NCBI GenBank assembly: GCA_021781535.1
Contig: JAJXWO010000011.1
Span: 13,877 to 77,876, forward strand
Origin: Deltaproteobacteria bacterium
GTDB taxonomy: Bacteria; Desulfobacterota; Desulfuromonadia; Geobacterales; Pseudopelobacteraceae
Direction of reading: 5' to 3'
Length of the DNA: 64,000 bases
Shown here: piece after piece, positions 1 to 7,934 of the stretch
How the letters are laid out: every line of letters begins with the position of its first letter
Position numbering within the stretch: the stretch's first letter is position 1
Translations under genes and position numbers: made by a program
Notes under the pieces: model-generated
What the model saw: the letters and a program-made list of their open reading frames with translations, nothing else
Told to the model about the DNA's origin: nothing
Database searches by the model: none

Positions 1-1803
1 ATCTTCGACCCCCTTGGCCATGACCGGGCCGGTGATCTGCTGAAACCGCTTCACAAAATCAAGCCACGCCGGTTTGTGTTCATCGGTCATGCTGTCAGGA
101 AAACGGAGGAGGAGAACATCCCGGACAAAATCGAACACCGAGGCACTGATAGCCGGGTTCTGTCGTTTTGCCCGGCCGATCGCCGCTTCGATATACTGAC
201 AGTCCCGCTCCAATGCCTCGTAGCTGTTGATATAGGTTCGATATACCGGGAAATAGGCGATCACCTCCACGATCGACTTGATCAGACTGTTAAGGGTGAA
301 GTCCCGAGTATGCCGGTTCTGCTCGGAAATCCTGTTCAGGTAGCGTCCCAGCGTGTTGATTTCACTCGACATGGAGACCTGCATGACAAGTTTCTTCTTG
401 TCGTAGACGGCGGTCGGGAAGTCTATGCGGTGACCCATGAAGCGTGTATACAGAGTTTCAAAGACCTTGGCATGTGAAGTGTCTACAAAAAGACCGTTGG
501 CCTGGATGGCAAAATCGTACCCGGTTGTACTGAAAACCGGCCAGCCATCAGGCAGCTTCTCGGCCTTGATGAGTATTTTTTCTCCAACAATGTAGAACGG
601 CTTGTACGAAGGGTCTACGGCAATAACCCGGTCATATTTTTCCCGTACGGCCGCTCCGTTATCCCCCACTCCGTTGTCCGCAGGCTGCTGCTCATCAAGG
701 GCACCTCCGTACATCCTGATGAAGCAGGCCGATTGAAGCCGCCTGAAATAATCTTCCGGATCCAGCAAGCCATCGGCGTGGTCAACCCGTAGGCCGGTAA
801 TTTTCCTCATCTCCACAAGCTTGAAGATAAGACGGTGAGTCTCTTCGAAGACGGCCGGGTCCTCAACCCTGATGGCACCTAAGGAATTGATATCAAAGAA
901 TCTCCGGTAGTTGATCTCCTCGGTGGCGACGCGCCAGTGGGAGATGCGATAGACCTGCTCCCGAAGAAGCACGTCCAACGGGTCAAAGCTGCGCGGTTCC
1001 CCCTTTGTTCCGTTGAAGATTGCCACAGCGCCGTCAATAAACGCGCCAATCGCGCTGCTGTTTTGATACAGGCTCCAGAGGCGGCGTTTAACGACCTCTT
1101 TTTCACGGTAGCGCTCCTCAATCCGCTCGGGATCATGCACAGTGCTGGGGGGGAGATGCTTGAGCGCCGTTACAATGCTCATAAGTTCCTGAAACTGGGG
1201 GGCAGCGGCAGAAAGTTCCGCTTCCAGAGCTTCGAGGCGGTGCGTCAGGATAGTGTTGTAGCTCTTCGGAACGATCGGCAGTTTGTGATCGCAATACGAT
1301 ACAAAAAAAGAGCCTTCTTCAAAGGAGAGCCGCAGTTCGCCGTTTTCGAGCACTGCACCGTACTGGTCTCCCAGGATCGGAATCAGGATTTTATTCTCCA
1401 ACTCTTTCTTGACCGGGTGCCAGTCGATATCGAAAAAGTCCGCATAGATTGAGCTCGGCCCGTTTTCCAGCACATCCATCCAGAAGGCATTCCCCTGCCC
1501 CTCGATACACATATGGTTCGGGACAATGTCAAGAATCTGCCCCATACCATTTTGCTTCAGTTCGCCAATCAGGGCCTCGTACTCATCCTCTGTGCCGACT
1601 TCAGGGTTCAGGCTGTTCTGGTCCACTATGTCATACCCGTGCAGGCTCCCCTTGCTTGCTTTAAAGTAAGGGGATGCGTAGATGTCGCTGATGCCGAGGG
1701 TACGCAGATAGGAAATAATCTCTCTGGCATCGCTGAAGCCGAAGTGTGAATTAAACTGCAGCCGGTAGGTTGCTGCCGGTATTCTGAGCCCCTTGCCGTT
1801 CAT
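1..1803 (-). CDS. treY: malto-oligosyltrehalose synthase (TreY), partial; the C-terminus lies beyond position 1
   Basis: This gene is absent from the ORF track because it runs off the window. My translation from the ATG at 1803..1801 gives MNGKGLRIPAATYRLQFNSHFGFSDAREIISYLRTLGISDIYASPYFKASKGSLHGYDIVD..., a typical TreY (GH13) N-terminus. Its start overlaps the stop of the upstream GH57 gene (ATGA). Confidence 0.85.
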   Translation of the reverse strand, partial: MNGKGLRIPAATYRLQFNSHFGFSDAREIISYLRTLGISDIYASPYFKASKGSLHGYDIVDQNSLNPEVGTEDEYEALIGELKQNGMGQILDIVPNHMCIEGQGNAFWMDVLENGPSSIYADFFDIDWHPVKKELENKILIPILGDQYGAVLENGELRLSFEEGSFFVSYCDHKLPIVPKSYNTILTHRLEALEAELSAAAPQFQELMSIVTALKHLPPSTVHDPERIEERYREKEVVKRRLWSLYQNSSAIGAFIDGAVAIFNGTKGEPRSFDPLDVLLREQVYRISHWRVATEEINYRRFFDINSLGAIRVEDPAVFEETHRLIFKLVEMRKITGLRVDHADGLLDPEDYFRRLQSACFIRMYGGALDEQQPADNGVGDNGAAVREKYDRVIAVDPSYKPFYIVGEKILIKAEKLPDGWPVFSTTGYDFAIQANGLFVDTSHAKVFETLYTRFMGHRIDFPTAVYDKKKLVMQVSMSSEINTLGRYLNRISEQNRHTRDFTLNSLIKSIVEVIAYFPVYRTYINSYEALERDCQYIEAAIGRAKRQNPAISASVFDFVRDVLLLRFPDSMTDEHKPAWLDFVKRFQQITGPVMAKGVED

Positions 1804-4253
1804 ATTTCTCCCTTTGCTGCTGCCAGTACCGCAGGGATATTGAAATAGAGCAGTTGTCCCAGATGTCCGACTTCTTCGCTCCAGGAGATCCGGTCGATCA
1901 CCCGATCGGTGTCGGAGAGGATGTCCGCAGTATGTGATTGCACCATGTCCCAATAGATGTTCTGGGTCTGCCAGAGATTCACATCAATCGGGAGAGCCGC
2001 GAGCGATTGTATCAGATGAAGAACCTCGTCCATGAGCGGGGAACTGTCCGGCACATCCCGCAGGGCGGTCATCGCTCCTTCCACTCTGCGGCGGATGATG
2101 AATTCAAGAGCCACGCTGTCTACAACAACATTCCAGTTTTTGATCTCGTCCACATCCTCCTTCAGTCGGTCTGCGTCGACTGTTTCCGAGGTGAACATTT
2201 TTTGCAGCGAAAGATTAAGTGCTGTCTCGGCTGTGGTCATGAAATAGTTTGGCACCGGCATGCCGGTTTCCCGAAGATATCTCATCAGGCTTTTGCTGTT
2301 TTCGTAGAGGGTGATGAACTTTTCTTCAAAATCCTGGAGCGTCCCGGCAATGATAAGATTGAGGATATGACGCTGTTCATCTCGAAAAAGGTCCTTAATG
2401 GAGTAACTATGCGTGCCGAAATGGGTGTCAATGAGCCTGATGACAGCGGCAAAATCACCCTCTTTGAAGGCGGTGACAAGCTCCTCCTTCATGGTCAGGT
2501 ACACATCTTCGCCAAGAAAATATCGGACTCCGCAGTTAAGCGCATGGCCACCGAAGTACAGGGTGCAGAAACTTATCCGGTCCGCTTTGCGTGTAATGGA
2601 GGAACGGATGAACATTTTTCCCACCGCCAGTTTCATCTGACCGGCATGGAGTACAAGAGAATCCTCCTTGATGGCCCGATAGCTGAAGATTTCGGTTTCC
2701 TCTCCATACTCCTCGAAGACACAGCTGACGGCGTAATGCGCGCCGACTCTGAGCAGATCGATCATAACAGGTTTAACACCTTGGTTATAAATTTCAGCCC
2801 CGTCTTTATGTTCGGGGATATTGCTCCCGGCCAGAGCCATTCGTTCCAGAAAGGGTGCTTCGATGCCCTGGCTGCTAACCTCCTCTGCCAACTGTATTGC
2901 CCGGCCGGCATACTGGATGATCTGCACCGTTTCCAGCCCTGACAGTTCGTCAAAAAACCAACCGCAACTGGTGTACATGAGCATGGCGTGTCGTTGCATC
3001 TCCAGCAGGCTGAGCACGGTTACGGTTGCCTCTTCATCCAGGGGACGCCGGGAATGTTTGAGCAGGAAAGAGGCGACGTTTTCCTCAGAGCGGTCAAGCA
3101 GGACGTCGATATAATCATTCCGGACTTCCCACGGATCCTTCAGGTACCTTGATGCGACATCCTCATAACGTGCGGCCAACTGTCCGTTGAGCCAGTCGAG
3201 GGCCTCTCGCAGCGGCCGGCGCCATTGCTGGTTCCAGCCGGTGTTCCCGCCGGAATTGCAGCCGCAGTCGCTCCTCCAGCGCTCGATCCCGTGCATGCAG
3301 CTCCAGGAACTGTTTTCAATGATCTGCACTTCATGAGTGGCCGGGTGCAGTTCCAGGTATTCGCCATAGTTAGTCAGACGGGCAAGGTTGTTCACCTCAA
3401 TGTGGTCCAGTGCATGCCCCAGCGCCATCTCGCCGAAACGGTGGTGGTGACCGTAGGTTTCGCCATCAGTGGCGATATGTACCAGTTGGGAATGGATACC
3501 GTGATCCGAAAAGCCGGACATCAGACGGTCGGCAAACTGTTCTCCGCTGTTCAGCAGATTCTCGAACGCCACTGCATGTGAAATAGGACCGTCGAAGAAG
3601 AAGATGGTGATGCTTCGACCGGAGGGAAGCCGGCAGAGATACGCCTGTGAAGGGTCGATATGTGAACCGGAGATGTCCTTCCACCGGCCGGTGCCGGTTC
3701 TCCGTACCCTTCCCGCCTGATGAGGAGCGAGAATGGTGAACCGGATACCCGCCTTGGCCAATACTTCCAACGATTCCGTATCCACGGCGGTTTCCGCCAG
3801 CCACATCCCTTCGGGGAAACGCTGGAAGCGATGCTCGAAATCCCTGATTCCCCACCGCACCTGCGTCTGTTTATCGCGCAGGGTGGCCAGCGGCATGATG
3901 ATATGATTGTACACCTGGGCCAAGGCGGCCCCATGGCCGGAGCGCCAGAGCATACTCTTCCTATCGGCCGCCAGGATCTCCCGGTAGGTGTCGGGAGCAT
4001 GTTTTTCCATCCATGAGAGAAGGGTCGGCCCGAAATTGAAGCTGATACGGGCATAGTTGCTGACAATCCCCATGATGCGTCCCTCCCCGTCCAGATTCCG
4101 TGAGGCGGTATTGGGGGCATAGCATTCCGCGGTAATCCGTTCGTTCCAGTCATGGTAGGGATGGGCTGAATCCTGGATCTCTACGGTCTCCAGCCAGGGG
4201 TTCTCGCGGGGGGGCTGGTAGAAATGGCCATGTATGCAGAGGAAGCGTTCCAT
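1800..4253 (-). CDS. glycoside hydrolase family 57 protein with a long C-terminal extension (GH57 + DUF3536-type architecture)
   Basis: 817-aa ORF. The N-terminus MERFLCIHGHFYQPPRENPW is GH57-like. GH57 catalytic-region motifs are visible: GMWLAETAV (nucleophile Glu) and HIATDGETYGHH (acid/base Asp). It sits between treZ and treY. Confidence 0.85.
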   Translation of the reverse strand: MERFLCIHGHFYQPPRENPWLETVEIQDSAHPYHDWNERITAECYAPNTASRNLDGEGRIMGIVSNYARISFNFGPTLLSWMEKHAPDTYREILAADRKSMLWRSGHGAALAQVYNHIIMPLATLRDKQTQVRWGIRDFEHRFQRFPEGMWLAETAVDTESLEVLAKAGIRFTILAPHQAGRVRRTGTGRWKDISGSHIDPSQAYLCRLPSGRSITIFFFDGPISHAVAFENLLNSGEQFADRLMSGFSDHGIHSQLVHIATDGETYGHHHRFGEMALGHALDHIEVNNLARLTNYGEYLELHPATHEVQIIENSSWSCMHGIERWRSDCGCNSGGNTGWNQQWRRPLREALDWLNGQLAARYEDVASRYLKDPWEVRNDYIDVLLDRSEENVASFLLKHSRRPLDEEATVTVLSLLEMQRHAMLMYTSCGWFFDELSGLETVQIIQYAGRAIQLAEEVSSQGIEAPFLERMALAGSNIPEHKDGAEIYNQGVKPVMIDLLRVGAHYAVSCVFEEYGEETEIFSYRAIKEDSLVLHAGQMKLAVGKMFIRSSITRKADRISFCTLYFGGHALNCGVRYFLGEDVYLTMKEELVTAFKEGDFAAVIRLIDTHFGTHSYSIKDLFRDEQRHILNLIIAGTLQDFEEKFITLYENSKSLMRYLRETGMPVPNYFMTTAETALNLSLQKMFTSETVDADRLKEDVDEIKNWNVVVDSVALEFIIRRRVEGAMTALRDVPDSSPLMDEVLHLIQSLAALPIDVNLWQTQNIYWDMVQSHTADILSDTDRVIDRISWSEEVGHLGQLLYFNIPAVLAAAKGEI

Positions 4254-4256
4254 TGA

Positions 4257-6080
4257 TTATTCCTTTCGGTAGATCATGGCACCGAATGGGGCAAGCGTCG
4301 GAAATGTTTTTGGGCGGGTGGAATACACGGTTACGCAACTGCCCGACGGGTAGTTGCCGGTGGAATCGAGCAGGATGCGCAGTGTGCCGCTCGCCAGTTG
4401 CGGGGGGATTACTCGGTCCTGGTCGCTGAAGTTGAACAGACAGAACACCTGCTCGTCGTCGGCGCTCCGGACGATTGCCAGCAACCGATCCTCCTCGCAC
4501 GCGACCACCTCCATGTCATGCCTGCTGTGATTGGCTAGCGGGGCACATTCCTTACGCAACCGTATCAATTCACGGTAAAATTTGAAAATGGCACTGTGGG
4601 TGCCGCAAAGTCGCTGTTCCGGATCCAGTTTTGCGGACAGGAACGTACCCTCTGCTTGGGGATCTGGTGGTGTACCCTGATGGGCAAACGCAGCAAATTC
4701 CTCGAATCTCCCCCGCCTGACCCCCTCAACGAGAGTGGCATCTCCATGGCTGACAAAATATGGAAACGGCGCTGATTCTGCATACTCTTCCCCCATGAAA
4801 AGCAGCGGCAGATAGGGTGAAAGAAGAACCGTTGCGGCGGCAAGCATGAGCTGCTGTGCCGACAGATGCTTACTCGGTCGCTCTCCGCGCATCCGGTTCC
4901 CCACCTGGTCATGGTTCTGGGAAAATACCACCAGTTGGTTGGGAGGAATTTCTGCCGAGGAGGTACCGTGCCGCCGTCTTCTGAAGGATGAATACCCGCC
5001 GGAGAGGACAAACCCCTCCTGGAAGCTCTTGACCAGATCTGAAAACGTGCCGAAATCAGCGTAGTATCCGGACTGATCCCCGGTCAGGAGGGTTCGCAGT
5101 GAATGGTGGAAATCATCGTTCCACTGGGCATCGAGACCGTATCCACCCGCCTCGGTGGCATGTACCACCCGCACATCGTTCAAGTCGCTTTCGGCAATAA
5201 TGTAGGCACGGCGTCGGAGTGAGTCGCCCTGCCGGTGCACGGCGTCGGTCAACTCCTGAAGTATGTGCAGGGCGCTGAAATCGTAGATGCCGTGGATTGC
5301 GTCAAGCCGCAGTGCGTCAATATGGTATTCGGTTATCCAGTGAAGGGCATTTGAGATAAAGTAATGGCGGACCTGATCACTGTCCGGACCGTCGAAATTG
5401 ACCGCGTCTCCCCAGGGAGTCCGGTAGCGGTCGGTGAAGTAGGGGCCGAATACATGCAGATAATTCCCTTCCGGTCCCAGGTGATTGTAGACCACATCCA
5501 GAACCACGGCCAGTCCTCTGGAGTGGCAGGCATCGACCAGCCGCTTCAGCCCCTCCGGGCCGCCATAACTATTCTGGGGGGCAAAGGGGTACGTGCCGTC
5601 GTAGCCCCAGTTGCGCTCCCCGGGGAACTGGGCGACCGGCATCAGTTCAACCGCCGTGACCCCGAGGTCTATCAGATAGTCGAGGTGCGGGATGATCGCC
5701 TCGAAGGTACCTTTACGGGTAAAGGTACCCACGTGCAGCTCGTAGATGATGTACTCTTCGAGAGCGCTCCCTCGCCACTGAACGTCGCTCCAGGCAAACG
5801 TCGGATCGATCACCTGGGAAGGGCCGTGCACACCTTCAGGTTGATTTCTGGAGGCGGGATCGGGACGACGCAGCGTGCCGTCCAGCCAGTACCAGTAACG
5901 ATCACCCGGCGCAGCCGCCACCTCTCCCTGGAAGTACTCACCGTCCCGCTGGAGAGGTGTCTTCAACGGGACGCCCTCCACCAGTTCCACCTCGACTGAC
6001 GTGGCCGCCGGGGCCCAGACCCTGAAGCGGGTCTTGTCAGCTACGCGGGTTGCCCCGATATCGAGGGTAATGCTATCCAT
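4257..6080 (-). CDS. treZ: malto-oligosyltrehalose trehalohydrolase (TreZ, GH13)
   Basis: 607-aa ORF with an N-terminal CBM48-like region (FRVWAPAATSVEVEL). GH13 motifs are present: VVLDVVYNH, IDALRLDAIH, IIAESD, SQNHDQVGNR. Confidence 0.9.
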   Translation of the reverse strand: MDSITLDIGATRVADKTRFRVWAPAATSVEVELVEGVPLKTPLQRDGEYFQGEVAAAPGDRYWYWLDGTLRRPDPASRNQPEGVHGPSQVIDPTFAWSDVQWRGSALEEYIIYELHVGTFTRKGTFEAIIPHLDYLIDLGVTAVELMPVAQFPGERNWGYDGTYPFAPQNSYGGPEGLKRLVDACHSRGLAVVLDVVYNHLGPEGNYLHVFGPYFTDRYRTPWGDAVNFDGPDSDQVRHYFISNALHWITEYHIDALRLDAIHGIYDFSALHILQELTDAVHRQGDSLRRRAYIIAESDLNDVRVVHATEAGGYGLDAQWNDDFHHSLRTLLTGDQSGYYADFGTFSDLVKSFQEGFVLSGGYSSFRRRRHGTSSAEIPPNQLVVFSQNHDQVGNRMRGERPSKHLSAQQLMLAAATVLLSPYLPLLFMGEEYAESAPFPYFVSHGDATLVEGVRRGRFEEFAAFAHQGTPPDPQAEGTFLSAKLDPEQRLCGTHSAIFKFYRELIRLRKECAPLANHSRHDMEVVACEEDRLLAIVRSADDEQVFCLFNFSDQDRVIPPQLASGTLRILLDSTGNYPSGSCVTVYSTRPKTFPTLAPFGAMIYRKE

Positions 6081-6473
6081 CTCACACGTCCTTCCCTTTG
6101 CGGGTTTTTACTCGTTTATTTGAACAGATTGTGATGATTTCCTGATTTCAGATACTTAATAACGATACCTCACATCAGGGTATTTGCAACTTTCCCGGCA
6201 ATACGCGGGGACTGACATGGCTGTTTAAGCTGAACGTGGAAGTATTAAAAAGCAAGGAGCCTGCCAATATACGAATAAAGACAAAAAATTAATTTTTATC
6301 TACATAACAAGACATTAGAGGACAGGAGAGAACGTCAGAAACGTTTCAGATGATTTGCTGACCTCAATATGTGGCGGTACCTCAATATGTTGAGGGATTC
6401 TTTGAGAGGAGTGAGTGTTAAGGCTGACTATTATCTTGACGCCGTCAATCACAATATGATGCCTTCATTTGGC

Positions 6474-6501
6474 TTGATTTACAAATGATTTGTGTTATAA
6501 A
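6474..6501 (+). promoter_or_regulatory. candidate sigma-70 promoter for the ClC gene
   Basis: TTGATT (6474-6479), a 16-nt spacer, then TATAAA (6496-6501), about 50 nt upstream of the ATG at 6552. This is a sequence match only. Confidence 0.25.
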
Positions 6502-6551
6502 TTATCTGCTGGTCAAGACAATTAAATAAAACAGTTATCCCTAGAGTACAT

Positions 6552-7934
6552 ATGAAAGATCATGTATCCGAACAACTCACACTCTTTGCCAGTATCGTCA
6601 AGTGGTCAGCCTATGCCTCGGTCGTCGGGATACTGGCAGGCGGTGGCACATCACTGTTCCTGATGTTGCTACGAAGGAGCACGTCCATTGCCGCAGCAAC
6701 CCCCCATTACCAGTTTCTTCTGCCGCTGTTCCTACTTATGAGTAGTGCTTTTGTGCGCTATCTGGCTCCAGGCGCTGCCGGACACGGCACTGAAAAGGTC
6801 ATCGAAGCGGTACACCAGAATATGGGTCGTATCCCGTTTCAAGTCGTGCCTGTCAAAATGCTGGCGACAGTTATTACCCTGGCAAGCGGAGGGTCAGCAG
6901 GTAAAGAAGGGCCGTGCGCACAAATCGGAGCAGGCCTTGCCTCTGTATTCGCCACTCTTGCCCGTCTGCCTGAAAAAGACAGAAAAAAACTTGTAATCTG
7001 CGGTATCAGTGCCGGTTTCGCCACAGTTTTCGGAACGCCGGTCGCAGGGGCATTGTTTGGCATAGAGGTCCTGGTGCTGGGGCAGATGATGTACGATGTA
7101 ATGTTTCCTTCGTTCGTTGCCGGCATTGTCGCATATCATGTGGCGACCTTGCTGGGTATTACCTACCCCTACACAGCCATTTCCATCTCTCCGGGAATGA
7201 CTGAATGGGGTTTCCTCGAGATGTTGCTGCTTGGACTCTGGTGTGGCCTGGTAGCGCTCTTCTTCATTCAAGTACTGGAAGTCATGGAAAAAATGCTGGA
7301 ACGAATATCGCGGCACTGGATTGCCAATGCGCTCATCGGTGGCGTCCTGCTGGTACTGATCGGCATGTTTGTTTCTCAGGATTATCTGGGCTTGGGACTG
7401 ACTTCCATTGAAGCAGGATTAAGTGGAGCGCATCTTCCGGCAGGAGCGCTTTTTTGGAAAAGCGTCACCACCGCTATCACCTTGGGATGCGGCGGAAGTG
7501 GCGGAGTACTTACTCCCGTTTTCTTTATAGGGACTGCCGCAGGCAATCTGTTCGCGACACTGTTTCATGAGCAGAATATTGCAGCTTTTTCCGCCATCGG
7601 AATGGTCGCAGTGCTGGCTGCAGCCGCCAACACGCCGATTTCGGCCTCCATCATGGCCATGGAGATGTTCGGTTCGACAATTGGCACCCATGCCGCGGTC
7701 GCCTGCATGACCAGTTTCCTGATCGTCGGATACCACAGCGTCTATCCGAGCCAGCTGTTGGGAATTCAGAAAAGCGATTCTCTTTCGGCACCGGAAGGGA
7801 GCCAGCTCGGCGACATTAAATGTGCAACCGTGGTCCCTCGCGATAAATCACTTCTCCAGTTTGTGATAAAATACGGCAACAAATCTGCCGCGAAAAAACG
7901 TTCGAACAAGAAAGGTCCGAACCCTGACAATTAA
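6552..7934 (+). CDS. ClC-family voltage-gated chloride channel / Cl-:H+ antiporter
   Basis: 460-aa polytopic ORF with ClC selectivity-filter motifs GSAGKEGP (gating Glu present), FGTPVAG and GGVLTPVFFIG. Confidence 0.85.
   Translation: MKDHVSEQLTLFASIVKWSAYASVVGILAGGGTSLFLMLLRRSTSIAAATPHYQFLLPLFLLMSSAFVRYLAPGAAGHGTEKVIEAVHQNMGRIPFQVVPVKMLATVITLASGGSAGKEGPCAQIGAGLASVFATLARLPEKDRKKLVICGISAGFATVFGTPVAGALFGIEVLVLGQMMYDVMFPSFVAGIVAYHVATLLGITYPYTAISISPGMTEWGFLEMLLLGLWCGLVALFFIQVLEVMEKMLERISRHWIANALIGGVLLVLIGMFVSQDYLGLGLTSIEAGLSGAHLPAGALFWKSVTTAITLGCGGSGGVLTPVFFIGTAAGNLFATLFHEQNIAAFSAIGMVAVLAAAANTPISASIMAMEMFGSTIGTHAAVACMTSFLIVGYHSVYPSQLLGIQKSDSLSAPEGSQLGDIKCATVVPRDKSLLQFVIKYGNKSAAKKRSNKKGPNPDN

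Noticed and set aside
1938-2942. Long ORFs lie antisense to large genes. Examples: 1938-2942 (334 aa) inside the GH57 gene, 5364-5999 in treZ, 9407-10078 in the ATPase, 26612-27391 opposite cysE, 57719-58291 in carB, 60837-61439 opposite the rSAM gene, and 63168-63836 in pyrC.
   Set aside because: Each is fully embedded opposite a gene with clear family motifs. Their translations are low-complexity (Arg/Pro/Ser/Gly-rich) with no recognisable domains. These are typical shadow ORFs in moderately GC-rich coding DNA.
6401-6470. A possible fluoride (crcB-motif) riboswitch upstream of the ClC gene, prompted by the ...TATGATGCCTTCA... segment, which resembles the conserved GAUGAUGCCUAC 3' part.
   Set aside because: I could not find the 5' GGCGAUGG..CC element or the pseudoknot partner. 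The ClC protein also has the canonical GKEGP filter rather than the CLC-F-type signature. An Infernal scan with RF01734 would settle it.
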